From Thermoplasmata archaeon (GTDB taxonomy: Archaea > Thermoplasmatota > Thermoplasmata > Lutacidiplasmatales > UBA184): a stretch of DNA of 64,000 bases. Position 1 is the first letter of the stretch. Every line of letters begins with the position of its first letter. A model generated the notes under the pieces. That model was not told the DNA's origin, made no database searches, and worked only from the letters and a program-made list of their open reading frames with translations. Positions 1 to 9,315 of this stretch are shown piece by piece. Location of the stretch: NCBI GenBank assembly GCA_036404475.1, contig DASWZL010000019.1, positions 7,181 through 71,180 on the forward strand. Direction: 5' to 3'. The position numbers and the translations under genes are program-made.

Positions 1-2
1 CG

Positions 3-962
3 CATTATCCGAACGACCAAGGAGCGTACATCACGTCCGGCGTTGTGTTCGCCCAGCGGGGAAACCTCCGGAACATGTCCTTCCACCGGCTTTCCCGGAT
101 AGGCAAGGACCGGTTCGTCGGTAGGCTGGTCGAAAAGCGCGACCTCCACACCATGTATCTGGAGTCCCGGGAGCATGGCGAAGACCTTGGCGTTTCGATC
201 GCGATCGGCAACCGTTCCGGGGTGCTTGTGGCCGGCGCCACCAGCGTGGAAAGGGGGCTCTACGAGCTCGGGATTGCCGCAGCCTTGGAGGGCGGCATCG
301 AAGTTTCCAGGGCAAGAACCAACGACACAAGCTACCCCACGGACACCGAGATCGTGCTCGAGGGCAAGATACTTCATGACGAGACCACGACGGAGGGACC
401 GTTTGTCGACCTGACCAACACCTACGATGTGGTACGGGTACAGCCCGTGTTTGTCATCGACAAGATCGTCATGCGAAGAAATGCGGTCTATCACGCGTTG
501 CTTCCGGGAGGCCACGAGCATCGGCTTCTCATGGGGGCGCCGAGGACTCCGACCATCTACAAATCGCTGAACGAGGCGGGCATCGACGTCAAGAACGTGT
601 ACCTCACAGAAGGGGGCAGTGGCTGGCTCGACGCCGTCGTGGCCATACAGAAGAGGAGCGACGCGGACGCGAGGATAGCGATCGATGCGGCGATCCACGG
701 CCATCGGAGTCTCAAGAGAATCACCATTGTCGACAGCGACGTGGATGTTACCGATCCCAACGAAGTCAACTATGCGGTGACGATGTACTGGGAAGCCGGA
801 AAGGAGGTCGTGATGAAGGGCGTAAAAGGGTCGAGCCTCGATCCTATGGCCACGCCGGAAGGTATCGGAAGCAAGCTGGCCATCGATGCGACAAAGCCCC
901 TTCTCGTGCCGGCCGAGAAGGAGTTGAAGATGAAGAAGGCTCAGCTGGCGTTCGATGTGTGA
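3..962 (+). CDS. UbiD-family (prFMN-type) decarboxylase, C-terminal ~320 aa; 5' end outside the window; candidate anhydromevalonate-phosphate decarboxylase
   Basis: The frame stays open to the window edge (HYPNDQGAYITSGVVFAQRGN precedes the listed start). UbiD-like blocks: GPFVDLTN, LTEGGSGWLDAVVAI, ITIVDSDVDVTDPNEVNYA. The TGA stop overlaps the next start (GTGATG). Confidence 0.8.
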   Translation, partial: HYPNDQGAYITSGVVFAQRGNLRNMSFHRLSRIGKDRFVGRLVEKRDLHTMYLESREHGEDLGVSIAIGNRSGVLVAGATSVERGLYELGIAAALEGGIEVSRARTNDTSYPTDTEIVLEGKILHDETTTEGPFVDLTNTYDVVRVQPVFVIDKIVMRRNAVYHALLPGGHEHRLLMGAPRTPTIYKSLNEAGIDVKNVYLTEGGSGWLDAVVAIQKRSDADARIAIDAAIHGHRSLKRITIVDSDVDVTDPNEVNYAVTMYWEAGKEVVMKGVKGSSLDPMATPEGIGSKLAIDATKPLLVPAEKELKMKKAQLAFDV

Positions 963-2452
963 TGGGTGGACCCGTGGAGGAACTTCGGACGACCCAGCAA
1001 ATATCTTGGCTTGACGATGTCGATTCCAACGGTGTCATCATCAACCCCAACCACGAGCTGTACGGTAAGAGTATCGCCGGTACCGCGTTGCACTTCCCCT
1101 CGGCCTCCGGTTCGACCGTCGGTTCCGACCGGATCGTGAACCTGGCGGTCCGCGGTTTCGCCCCGAAGCGGATCGTCCTCGACAAGACTGATCCGATCAC
1201 GATGTGGGGTGCCATCCTCGGCAAGATCGACATCGAGATCCGCGGAACCGTCAAGAAAACGGTCGACCGGAGCAAACTCGAAGGGCTCGGCATCGATGCG
1301 GAGATCGTCGATTTCTTGGTGAGGGCCGGTGAGCTTCTCGGCACCGACGAGTTCATTCCCGTAGACCACGTCCAAATCGCGGGCGTGTCCTACAAGACGA
1401 TCACAGAAACCGGCCTGGAGCTGAGAAGGTACTTCGGAAGCCGGTACAAGTTCCGGTCCAAGAACGTAACGATCAACCCGGCGGGAATGGACCTCGAGGA
1501 TTGGCAAGCCCTGGGAATCCCGGAGGAATTTGCCCGGAAGCAGGAAGAGGTCATCGAGATCTACCGCAAGATGGGAGCCATCCCGACGATAACCTGTACC
1601 CCCTATCTCATCGGTAGCATGCCCACGCCGTTCACGGATTCTTTTCTTTCAGAGTCCTCCGTAGTAGGCTTCGCCAACTCCGTTCTCGGTGTGCGGACCA
1701 ACCGAGAGTCCGGATTGAGCACCCTGCTCTACGCGATCGCGGGATACGGCCCACGGTACGGGCTGCACCTCGCGGAAAACCGGAACCCGAAAGTGGAGAT
1801 CCACGTGAGTTGCGACCTGAAGGGGGTCGTCGACTTCAGTCTCCTGGGGTACAAGCTCGGCGAGCTCGCCCGCGGAAGAATACCCTATATCACGGGAATT
1901 CGGTCCCCGCCGACGCTCGAGGAGTTCAAGGTCCTGAGTGCCGCGGGCGCGGCCTCCGGGTCCATTGACCTGTACCACATCCAGGACATAACCCCGGAAG
2001 CCGCCGCCCATCTCATCGACCTGGGCAAGATCGAGGAACGAATCGAGGTCACCCGGGAGTCGCTCAACGAAGTGAAGAAGAAGCTCAACACCGGCAAGGT
2101 CGAAGAGTTGGACCTGGTCACGTTCGGATGCCCCCACGCCTCGCTGAACGAAGTGAAAGAGATCGCCTCCCTCCTCGACGGAAAAAGGATCCGGGACGGG
2201 GTGACGCTCTGGGTGTGCACCTCGAGAGCCGTCAAGGAGCTGTCGAAGAAGCTGGGGTACGTCGATGCGGTGGAAGCGGCGGGCGGTAACGTCGTCGCAG
2301 ACACCTGCATGGTCGTCGCGCCGATCGAGGAGATGGGTCACCGAACGACCGCGACGAACTCCGGAAAGGCGGCCAAGTACCTCCCGAGGTTCTGCCAACA
2401 GAAGGTGGTCTTCGACTCCGCCGAGGAGATCATTCGCAGCATTGTAGATTGA
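959..2452 (+). CDS. Aconitase-X family protein, single chain: swivel domain (DUF126-like) followed by catalytic domain (DUF521-like); candidate phosphomevalonate dehydratase
   Basis: The first ~125 aa (GKSIAGTALHFPSASGSTVGSDRIVNLAVRGFAPKRIVL) fit the AcnX small subunit. The rest (CTPYLIGS, SESSVVGFANSVLGVRTNRESG, GCPHASLNE, DTCMVVAP, TNSGKAAKY) fits the AcnX large subunit. It is one uninterrupted 497-codon frame. Confidence 0.8.
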   Translation: MMGGPVEELRTTQQISWLDDVDSNGVIINPNHELYGKSIAGTALHFPSASGSTVGSDRIVNLAVRGFAPKRIVLDKTDPITMWGAILGKIDIEIRGTVKKTVDRSKLEGLGIDAEIVDFLVRAGELLGTDEFIPVDHVQIAGVSYKTITETGLELRRYFGSRYKFRSKNVTINPAGMDLEDWQALGIPEEFARKQEEVIEIYRKMGAIPTITCTPYLIGSMPTPFTDSFLSESSVVGFANSVLGVRTNRESGLSTLLYAIAGYGPRYGLHLAENRNPKVEIHVSCDLKGVVDFSLLGYKLGELARGRIPYITGIRSPPTLEEFKVLSAAGAASGSIDLYHIQDITPEAAAHLIDLGKIEERIEVTRESLNEVKKKLNTGKVEELDLVTFGCPHASLNEVKEIASLLDGKRIRDGVTLWVCTSRAVKELSKKLGYVDAVEAAGGNVVADTCMVVAPIEEMGHRTTATNSGKAAKYLPRFCQQKVVFDSAEEIIRSIVD

Positions 2453-2685
2453 CGGGCTCCGCCCGGTCACGGAAGATGGGAGCCGTCGCTCCCGACTTTC
2501 TCCCGTAGCGCCTCGATGGCGACGGGGGACCGCCAGCCTTAGCGAGCTGACTTGGACCCCTCCCATGTACTTGTTATGCCACGGACGGAAGCCCCTCCTC
2601 CGCCGAAGGTTGTGTTCCTAGGGACTTGGTCCCCCGGGGGACTCCCAATCGCGGAATCCCCCACAGTCGGAACGCGGGACGGAAT

Positions 2686-3765
2686 CTAGGCCGGAACGGG
2701 CAGCTCCTCTTCGACGCTCCAATCGAGATAGGCGACGATCGGGTCCAGGATCCGTTCTCGGATCATTGTCGGATTCGTCCAACGGAACAGCGACGGCTCG
2801 AGGTAGCAGGCAAGGGCACACTTGTTGCACGTCTCGTAGGGCTCCCACTCGAACGTATTCCAGAGCTTTCGGACGTCGACGTCCCATACGAAGCCCTCGC
2901 CGCCGTACTCCCGAAGCGTGTAGCAGGGCAGGACGATCCGTCCCTGGGGGTCGACGTTCATCGTCATCCACGGCTTGCAGCGCCAGGGAGCCCCCCGGAA
3001 CCAAGAGTCGATAACGGTCGTGAAGTACTCTCGGGATTCGATGATCGGCGCGCCCTGCTCCTTGAGGGCCAACAACCGCTTGAGGGTCTCCCGGAGCTTT
3101 GGACCCTCCGGAGCCAGGCTCTCGGCGGCCGAGTAGTTGTAGGCGACCTGGAACGTCACGCCAACCCCGAGCCGCTGGGCGAGCGCGACCATCTTCTCGG
3201 CATCGTCCAGGTTCTCGTTGGTGATCGTGGAGCTGATCGCGACCGGAACGCGTCCTCGGGCCGACCGGATCCCCTCCACCGCTCGGTCGAACGACCCGGG
3301 AATGCCGCGAAGGCGGTCGTGAAGGTCGCCGATGCCGTCCAGCGAGACGAAGATCATGTCGAGGTGAGACGCGATGTCGCGGATGCGGTGGCTCAGTAGC
3401 CAGCCGTTCGTGACCAGGGAGGTGTGGAAACGCGGGTGAGACTCCGCGAGGATCTCGGGCAGGTCCCGGCGGAGGAGCGGCTCGCCGCCTTCGAACCCCA
3501 AGAACGAGACTCCCGCACGGGCCAAGGACTTCATCATACGAACCTCGTCGTCCACGCTGAGGAGGCTCTCGTCCTCGCGCCGCCAAAAGGGACACATGGC
3601 GCACTCGAGGTTGCAGCGGTAGAGCAGCTTGTGGCCGGCGATGACCGGGGCCTTTCCACTGCCGCCGCGCTGGACCGAACGCCACAAACTGCGGAGGAAC
3701 ACCGACCGGACTAGCCCCATGTGCCCCGGTCCCATAGTCCTCCTCCTCCATAATCCCCCCGTCAA
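2686..3765 (-). CDS. Radical SAM protein with Cys-rich C-terminal (SPASM/twitch-like) region
   Basis: CNLECAMC (CxxxCxxC) lies near the N-terminus, followed by GGEPLL and a C-terminal CNKCALAC plus further Cys residues. The true start may be an internal Met (MGLVRSV). Confidence 0.8.
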   Translation of the reverse strand: MTGGLWRRRTMGPGHMGLVRSVFLRSLWRSVQRGGSGKAPVIAGHKLLYRCNLECAMCPFWRREDESLLSVDDEVRMMKSLARAGVSFLGFEGGEPLLRRDLPEILAESHPRFHTSLVTNGWLLSHRIRDIASHLDMIFVSLDGIGDLHDRLRGIPGSFDRAVEGIRSARGRVPVAISSTITNENLDDAEKMVALAQRLGVGVTFQVAYNYSAAESLAPEGPKLRETLKRLLALKEQGAPIIESREYFTTVIDSWFRGAPWRCKPWMTMNVDPQGRIVLPCYTLREYGGEGFVWDVDVRKLWNTFEWEPYETCNKCALACYLEPSLFRWTNPTMIRERILDPIVAYLDWSVEEELPVPA

Positions 3766-3825
3766 GGCGGGGGGAGCACCTTCGACAGCGCTCCCCGTTC
3801 CCCGCCGGACCCGGGTGAGGGGGAG

Positions 3826-4401
3826 CTAGTACTCGCCCTGGAGACGGTCTCCCGCGCTCTTGTTGACCAGGGGACCACTTAGCAGGTTCGAGTTGCTAAC
3901 AGAGGCTAGGCTCCCGTCCTCGAGGCGGAGCCAGGTCGTCACCAATCCCAATCGGACCACCGTCCCGCTGACTCCGCCGATCTGAATGTGATCGTTCAAT
4001 CGGAGCACCCGGTCGCGAAGCAGGATGAAACCCGCGATCACATTCCCGATCGTCGTCTGTAAGGCCAGAGTGGCTGCAAGACCCACGATGGCGGAGAACG
4101 TCAGGCCCGAGGTGACGGTGAGGGGCCCAAACGCGACGAACAGAACCGCGCCGGCCAGGAGAAACCCGGTCAACGAGATCGCGAAACGGGCCCAGCGTAC
4201 GGCCGCCGGCGGAGCGCGATGTTGGCGGAGCCATCGGGCGCTGTAGCCCGATAGGAAGTACCCGCCTACCGCCAACGCAGTAGCCACCACGAGGGGCACG
4301 ATTGTGGGAAGGTACTCGGTCCAACTCACGGATGATCCCGTTCTCGTAGCAAGGACGAAGGTATTTAGGAACGGGGGGCGCAGCGACCGATTCGTCCTCA
4401 T
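3826..4401 (-). CDS. Short MscS-family mechanosensitive channel-like membrane protein
   Basis: Three predicted TM helices are followed by TIGNVIAGFILLRDRVLRLNDHIQIGGVSGTVVRLGLVTTWLRLEDG (MscS TM3 + beta domain pattern). The usual C-terminal domain is missing. Confidence 0.65.
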   Translation of the reverse strand: MRTNRSLRPPFLNTFVLATRTGSSVSWTEYLPTIVPLVVATALAVGGYFLSGYSARWLRQHRAPPAAVRWARFAISLTGFLLAGAVLFVAFGPLTVTSGLTFSAIVGLAATLALQTTIGNVIAGFILLRDRVLRLNDHIQIGGVSGTVVRLGLVTTWLRLEDGSLASVSNSNLLSGPLVNKSAGDRLQGEY

Positions 4402-4612
4402 CGACGAAGGACCACGGGGTTTCCCCGGGCACGCCGAGGTAGTACGTTCGACGGTCCCAGCGGCGATTGGGTTCCGACCATCGAACCGTGCCCCCGCACA
4501 TGGACGGAGAAAGGCTTAGAGCGGGGGTCCGGTAAGGTTCCTATCGGACGTCGCGTTCCCCGGGCCCGAATCTGCCCGGTACCGAGGTACTCCAAGGGAA
4601 GGAAGCGAGAGC

Positions 4613-5992
4613 ATGGCCAATTCCAGCACGGCCTCGAAGGCATCTTCCGCTTTCACAACCCGGGCCGGGCGGTTCGCCGCGGGCCGAGGCTTGAGGCGCC
4701 GCGTACCTCGGTCGAGCCACGCGCTCTGGACTCCCGCCCGGGACCGGCCGGATCCGATCGAACTGCTCGGAACCACCGAACGGACCCGCCTACCGGCACT
4801 GTTGCCGATTCGCTACGGGCGAATGTCCCTGTCCCCGTTCGCGTTCCTCCGTGGCGCGGCCGTCGTGATGGCGCACGACCTGGCGACGACGCCGGTGACG
4901 GGCCTTCAAGCTCAGCTATGCGGCGACGCCCACGTCAGCAACTTCGGGATCTTTGGCACGCCGGAGCGCCACCAGGTCTTCGACGTGAACGATTTCGATG
5001 AGACCCTTCCCGGGCCATGGGAGTGGGACGTGAAGCGTCTCGCCACCAGCCTCGTGGTGGCCGGCCGACAGAATCGGTACGGCCGTTCGGGGGCCCGCGA
5101 GGCGGCCCGCGCGGCCGTGCGGTCGTACCGTGAGATGATGGCCGAATTCGCCGGGATGCGCTACCTCGACACCTGGTACTTCCATTTTGACCTTGAAAGC
5201 CCATCCCTGCCGGCGGGGTGGAACCCGCGAAGACTGATCGGTCGAGGTGTCGCAAGGGCGCGCCGGCGGACCAGTCTCCATGCCTTTCCCAAGATGGCCC
5301 GAGCGGTGAGGGGACGCTACCGCATCCGTGATGACCCGCCCCTGATCGTTCATTACAAGGATCCCGCCGCTTTTGAGGAGTCGAGGTCGTTCTATCACCG
5401 CTACCTGGCTACCCTTCCCGACGACCGCCGCATGCTGCTAGACCGGTACCACATCGTGGACGTCGCCCAGAAGGTCGTCGGGGTAGGAAGCGTCGGCCTA
5501 GCGTGCTCGGTCCTTCTTCTGATGGGAGACTCCGACGTGGAGGACCCGCTCTTCCTCCAGCTGAAGCAGGCGACGTCGTCCGCCCTCGAGCCGTTTCTCG
5601 GACCGAGCGCGTACTCGAACCACGCTGAACGGGTGGTGGTCGGGCAGCACCAGGTTCAGGAGGCGAGCGACATCTTCCTGGGGTGGAGCCGCCTCCGAAG
5701 CCGGGATTTCTACGTTCGCCAGTTGCGGGACATGAAGTTCTCCTATGACCTTTCCGCGCTGGGCGCCCGGGAGTTTGTTGCCCTGGCCACGCTCTGCGGT
5801 ACGTCTCTTGCCCGTGCCCATGCCCGTACGGGAGACCCGGCACAGATCAGCGGGTACCTCGGGAATCGGGGCCTCTTCGACGAGGCGGTCACGACCTTCG
5901 CGGAAACCTATGCCGACCAGACGCAACGGGACTACCAAGCGCTCCTCGACGCCATCCGGAAGGGGCGTGTGGCCGCCGACGTCGACGTGTGA
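4613..5992 (+). CDS. DUF2252-family protein
   Basis: RMSLSPFAFLRGAA, GDAHVSNFG, VFDVNDFDET and WEWDVKRLATS are typical DUF2252 blocks. Confidence 0.75.
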   Translation: MANSSTASKASSAFTTRAGRFAAGRGLRRRVPRSSHALWTPARDRPDPIELLGTTERTRLPALLPIRYGRMSLSPFAFLRGAAVVMAHDLATTPVTGLQAQLCGDAHVSNFGIFGTPERHQVFDVNDFDETLPGPWEWDVKRLATSLVVAGRQNRYGRSGAREAARAAVRSYREMMAEFAGMRYLDTWYFHFDLESPSLPAGWNPRRLIGRGVARARRRTSLHAFPKMARAVRGRYRIRDDPPLIVHYKDPAAFEESRSFYHRYLATLPDDRRMLLDRYHIVDVAQKVVGVGSVGLACSVLLLMGDSDVEDPLFLQLKQATSSALEPFLGPSAYSNHAERVVVGQHQVQEASDIFLGWSRLRSRDFYVRQLRDMKFSYDLSALGAREFVALATLCGTSLARAHARTGDPAQISGYLGNRGLFDEAVTTFAETYADQTQRDYQALLDAIRKGRVAADVDV

Positions 5993-6026
5993 GGAAAGCC
6001 CCTCAGGTCCGGCGCTCGCACGGCGC

Positions 6027-6608
6027 TCAACGTAGGATGAGGAACCAGACCCACACGACCGCGAGCACGGCGACCCAGAGGCCGAAGAAGGTGAGCGGGA
6101 GGACCTCGGTCAGGGCCGAAGGGTTCACCCGGTCCATCCACGAGATCGATCGACGGCGCGAGAATCGCTCCGCGTGGGCTTCGAACGGTCGGAGCAGGTT
6201 CGGGTCCAGGGTCGCCCCCGACCGGAGCGTGATCGGAACGTTCCACTCTCCGTCCACCGGTGGTTCGCTCTGTTCGAGCCGAAGGGCCGCTTCCCGCCAG
6301 AGGTTCTGGGCATCGTCCGTCCGGTGCAACAGGACCGCCTAGACGATCGAGATCAAGATGCCCAGCACCGACAGGAACGGGACGACGACGGTCAGGAGCG
6401 ACGGCTGGTTGATTAGGTCGGCAATCACGACCACGAGCCCGGTGATAAGCACGGTCCCGATGGCGGCGTAGTACGACGTCCTCACGGAGGAAAGCTGACC
6501 TTCCTCCGCGGCGAGCCGCTCACATTTGTCGTGGAGCCAGCGGCGGTCGTCGTAAGTCAACGCCGGCGCGGAGATCGTCCGTTCCGGAACTCGTTCGGTC
6601 GGATTCAC
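6027..6608 (-). pseudogene. Small multi-TM membrane-protein reading frame interrupted by one in-frame TAG (6339-6341); alternatively two adjacent small membrane-protein genes
   Basis: ORFs 6339..6608 and 6027..6329 are in the same frame (...LGILISIV * AVL L HRTDDAQNLW...). The downstream piece has only a TTG start 9 nt after the stop. Confidence 0.4.
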
Positions 6609-6674
6609 GATCTCGGAACGACCGACCGTGGGTAAGCGTGTCGGTGTCCCCGGGGGCTCCGGGGCCCCGCGTCT

Positions 6675-7637
6675 CTAGAAGCGGTCGCCCGTGAAACAGA
6701 GGAAGCGGGGGTCGCGCGTGCCGAACTCCCGCACGAGTTCGGCGCGACCTCGCTTGCGTCCGAACGCGGTCGCCATCAGTCCGAACCATCCGGCCGAAGC
6801 GACCACGTACCCGCGGCGACGCAGGCCAGGACCCATGGCATCGACTGCCCCATCCCGGAACGCGACCAGGCCGGTCTGCGCTCGAGCCTCCAACGAGGCC
6901 GTCAACCGGGTCCGGTCGGAGGCCGATCTCGTGACCAGTTCCCCACAGATGGTCCGGTTCCGGTCGGCGCTGAACATCGCGTAGCCCGAAGGTCGGCCGC
7001 GGTCCAGAGCGACCAGGATCTCCTCCCTCGGGCGAAGTTCCCCCCCGGCGGCGGCCACCCGGGCGAATCCGTCGGGGCGTTGCGCGAAGCCCCACCTTCC
7101 CTCTCCGAACCGGGCATGGAGCCTCTCGACCTCGAGGAGGTCGGAGGTTCGCCCCGGTCGGACCCTCGTCCGGTGGGGCCGGCGGCGGCGGGACGGGAGG
7201 ATTCGGACGGCCAGGGGAGGTACGTAGACGTCTCGGTAGCCCAGCTCCTCGTAGAGACGGTGGGCGCCCCACGATCGGTTGGTCCACAAGGTCGCGTAGT
7301 CGATCCCCGCCTCCCGCTCCCGACGATGGACCTCTTCGAGAATCCGACGCGCGATCCCCGCCCGGGCGTGGTCGAGGCGGGTCGATACTCCCGCGACGCC
7401 GCTGACCGTTTCGGTCCCGTGCGGGAACGTGTAGGCGATGCGCTCGACGAATGCCTGCCCGACGACCGCTCCGTGGTCGACCGCGAACACCCCCACATAG
7501 TCCGCGAGCAGGGAGGTCCGACGTCGCCAGAGGTCGATGGTACGTCGGTGGTGGAACTCTCCGAAGGCGGCCAGGCTGACGAGAGCACGGCCGGGGTCGT
7601 ACGATGCGGGGAGTTCATCGTAGCCGAGGAGCTTCAT
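6675..7637 (-). CDS. GNAT-family N-acetyltransferase (Eis-like, two-lobed)
   Basis: The acetyl-CoA motif region is HARAGIARRILEEVHRREREAGIDYATLWT...AHRLYEELGY, followed by a longer C-terminal lobe. Confidence 0.75.
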   Translation of the reverse strand: MKLLGYDELPASYDPGRALVSLAAFGEFHHRRTIDLWRRRTSLLADYVGVFAVDHGAVVGQAFVERIAYTFPHGTETVSGVAGVSTRLDHARAGIARRILEEVHRREREAGIDYATLWTNRSWGAHRLYEELGYRDVYVPPLAVRILPSRRRRPHRTRVRPGRTSDLLEVERLHARFGEGRWGFAQRPDGFARVAAAGGELRPREEILVALDRGRPSGYAMFSADRNRTICGELVTRSASDRTRLTASLEARAQTGLVAFRDGAVDAMGPGLRRRGYVVASAGWFGLMATAFGRKRGRAELVREFGTRDPRFLCFTGDRF

Positions 7638-7770
7638 GTCGGTTCGAGAGTCCTTGCCTTCGAGCCGAGAGAACGGAGACGCCTAAGTAGAAGTGCTCCT
7701 CCCGAGATCGACCCGGGTCCGGGACCGAGTTGGGTTCGGGCACCCGCTCTCGGGTCCTTCGAGCGAAGCG

Positions 7771-9204
7771 CTAGGTCGCCTTCTTCGTTCGCGGGACGAC
7801 CGTCCGCGATGGCTTGCGGACCGGCGCTTTTGCTCCGGAGACCTCGAGGTGGCGCTCCGGTTGGCCGATGAAGACCTGGCGGGGTCGAGCGATCTTCTGT
7901 TCCGGGTCCTGGATCATTTCGATCCACTGGGCGACCCAGCCGGACATCCGGGGGATGGCGAAGAGGACCGGAAACATGTCGGTCGGGAATCCCATCGCCT
8001 GATAGATGATCCCCGAGTAAAAGTCGACGTTTGGGTAGAGCCGACGCTGAATGAAGTACTCATCCGAGAGCGCGATGTTCTCGAGGGCCAGCGCGACGTC
8101 GATGAGGGGGTTTCGCCCGGTCACCGCGAAGACCTCCTCCGCGATCTGCTGGATGAGGCGGGCTCGCGGGTCGTAGTTCTTGTAGATCCGGTGCCCGAAC
8201 CCCATCAAGAGCCGCTTGCCTTCCTTCACCTGGCGGATCAGTTGGGGGACGTGTTCCTTCGTGCCGATCTCTTGGAGCATCCGGACGACCTGCTCGTTCG
8301 CCCCGCCGTGGAGCGGTCCGTAGAGCGCCGCCGCGGCGGCCGCAGCACTGCAGTACGGGTCCGAGTGAGAGCTCCCCACGGCTCGCATCGCGTTGCTGCT
8401 GCAATTCTGCTCGTGGTCCGCGTGCAGGATGAAGAGCGTGTCGAGGGCCTTCGCGAGCACTGGATCTGGGGTGTACCGGGTGGTCCAGGACGGTCGGTAC
8501 ATCATCGCCAGGAAGTTCTCGGTGTAGGAGAGGTCGTTGCTCGGATGGATGTACGGCAGCCCTACCGAATGCCGGTGGGCGAAGGCCGCCACGGTGGGGA
8601 CCTTTGCGATCAGACGGTACGCCTGTTGGTAGCGGGTATGCTCGTCGGAGATGTTCTTGGCTTCCGGGTAGAAGGTCGACAGGGCGGCGAGGGTGCTCAC
8701 CAGCATGCCCATCGGGTGGGCATCGTGGTGGAACCCGTCCATGAACTTCTGGACGTTCTCGTGGACCATCGTGTGGAACGTGATGTTGTGGAGCCACTCT
8801 TCGAGTTGGCTCTTGCTGGGGAGGTTCCCGTGGATGATGAGGTAGGCGACCTCGAGGTACGACTTCGAGGCGGCGAGCTCTTCGATCGGGTACCCGCGGT
8901 AGCGGAGGATCCCTTTGTCGCCATCGATGAAGGTGATGGCGCTTCGACAGGAGGCGGTGTTGGCGAACGACGGGTCGTAGCTCAGGAGACCGTAGTCGTC
9001 CGGCCCGGAACGGATCTGATGAAGGTCCGTCGCACGGATCGTCCCGTCCTGGATCGGGATCCGGTAGTTCGTTCCGGTCCGCTCATCGGTGACGGAGAGG
9101 AAATTGTTCGACCTCGCGGCGCTCGGTTCGACCTTGGGGGGATTCGACTTAGATGCGGGCACGGACCCTTGCCTCTCCACCGCTCCCAATACGCAGGGGT
9201 TCAT
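7771..9204 (-). CDS. gltA: Citrate synthase, long bacterial GltA-like (type II) form with basic C-terminal tail
   Basis: It is colinear with E. coli GltA blocks: ITFIDGDKGILRYRGYPIEEL, ILHADHEQNCS, GPLHGGANE, LMGFGHRIYKNYDPRA, YPNVDFYSGI, ARPRQ. Confidence 0.95.
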   Translation of the reverse strand: MNPCVLGAVERQGSVPASKSNPPKVEPSAARSNNFLSVTDERTGTNYRIPIQDGTIRATDLHQIRSGPDDYGLLSYDPSFANTASCRSAITFIDGDKGILRYRGYPIEELAASKSYLEVAYLIIHGNLPSKSQLEEWLHNITFHTMVHENVQKFMDGFHHDAHPMGMLVSTLAALSTFYPEAKNISDEHTRYQQAYRLIAKVPTVAAFAHRHSVGLPYIHPSNDLSYTENFLAMMYRPSWTTRYTPDPVLAKALDTLFILHADHEQNCSSNAMRAVGSSHSDPYCSAAAAAAALYGPLHGGANEQVVRMLQEIGTKEHVPQLIRQVKEGKRLLMGFGHRIYKNYDPRARLIQQIAEEVFAVTGRNPLIDVALALENIALSDEYFIQRRLYPNVDFYSGIIYQAMGFPTDMFPVLFAIPRMSGWVAQWIEMIQDPEQKIARPRQVFIGQPERHLEVSGAKAPVRKPSRTVVPRTKKAT

Positions 9205-9315
9205 GAACCCGTTCGGGTCGGTCCGGGAGCGATCGAGAGGCCTCGACCGTTCCTTCTTCGTCGGTATCGACCATCGAGACCCACATGCCTTCTACTCCGT
9301 TCCCGTAGGCCGCCC

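Noticed and set aside
6339-6341. Pyrrolysine or other recoding of the in-frame TAG
   Set aside because: TAG clearly ends other well-defined genes in the window (for example the radical SAM gene at 2686-2688, the nitroreductase at 59562-59564 and the YkgJ-like gene at 17674-17676). No pyl genes are visible here.
7693-9315. The first two thirds of the 779-aa plus-strand ORF 7693..10032
   Set aside because: It runs antisense to the unmistakable citrate synthase gene. Its translation is Arg/Gly/Pro/Asp-rich with no motifs, as expected for a stop-free antisense frame in GC-rich DNA. Only the 3' part (from about 9316) is a real methyltransferase.
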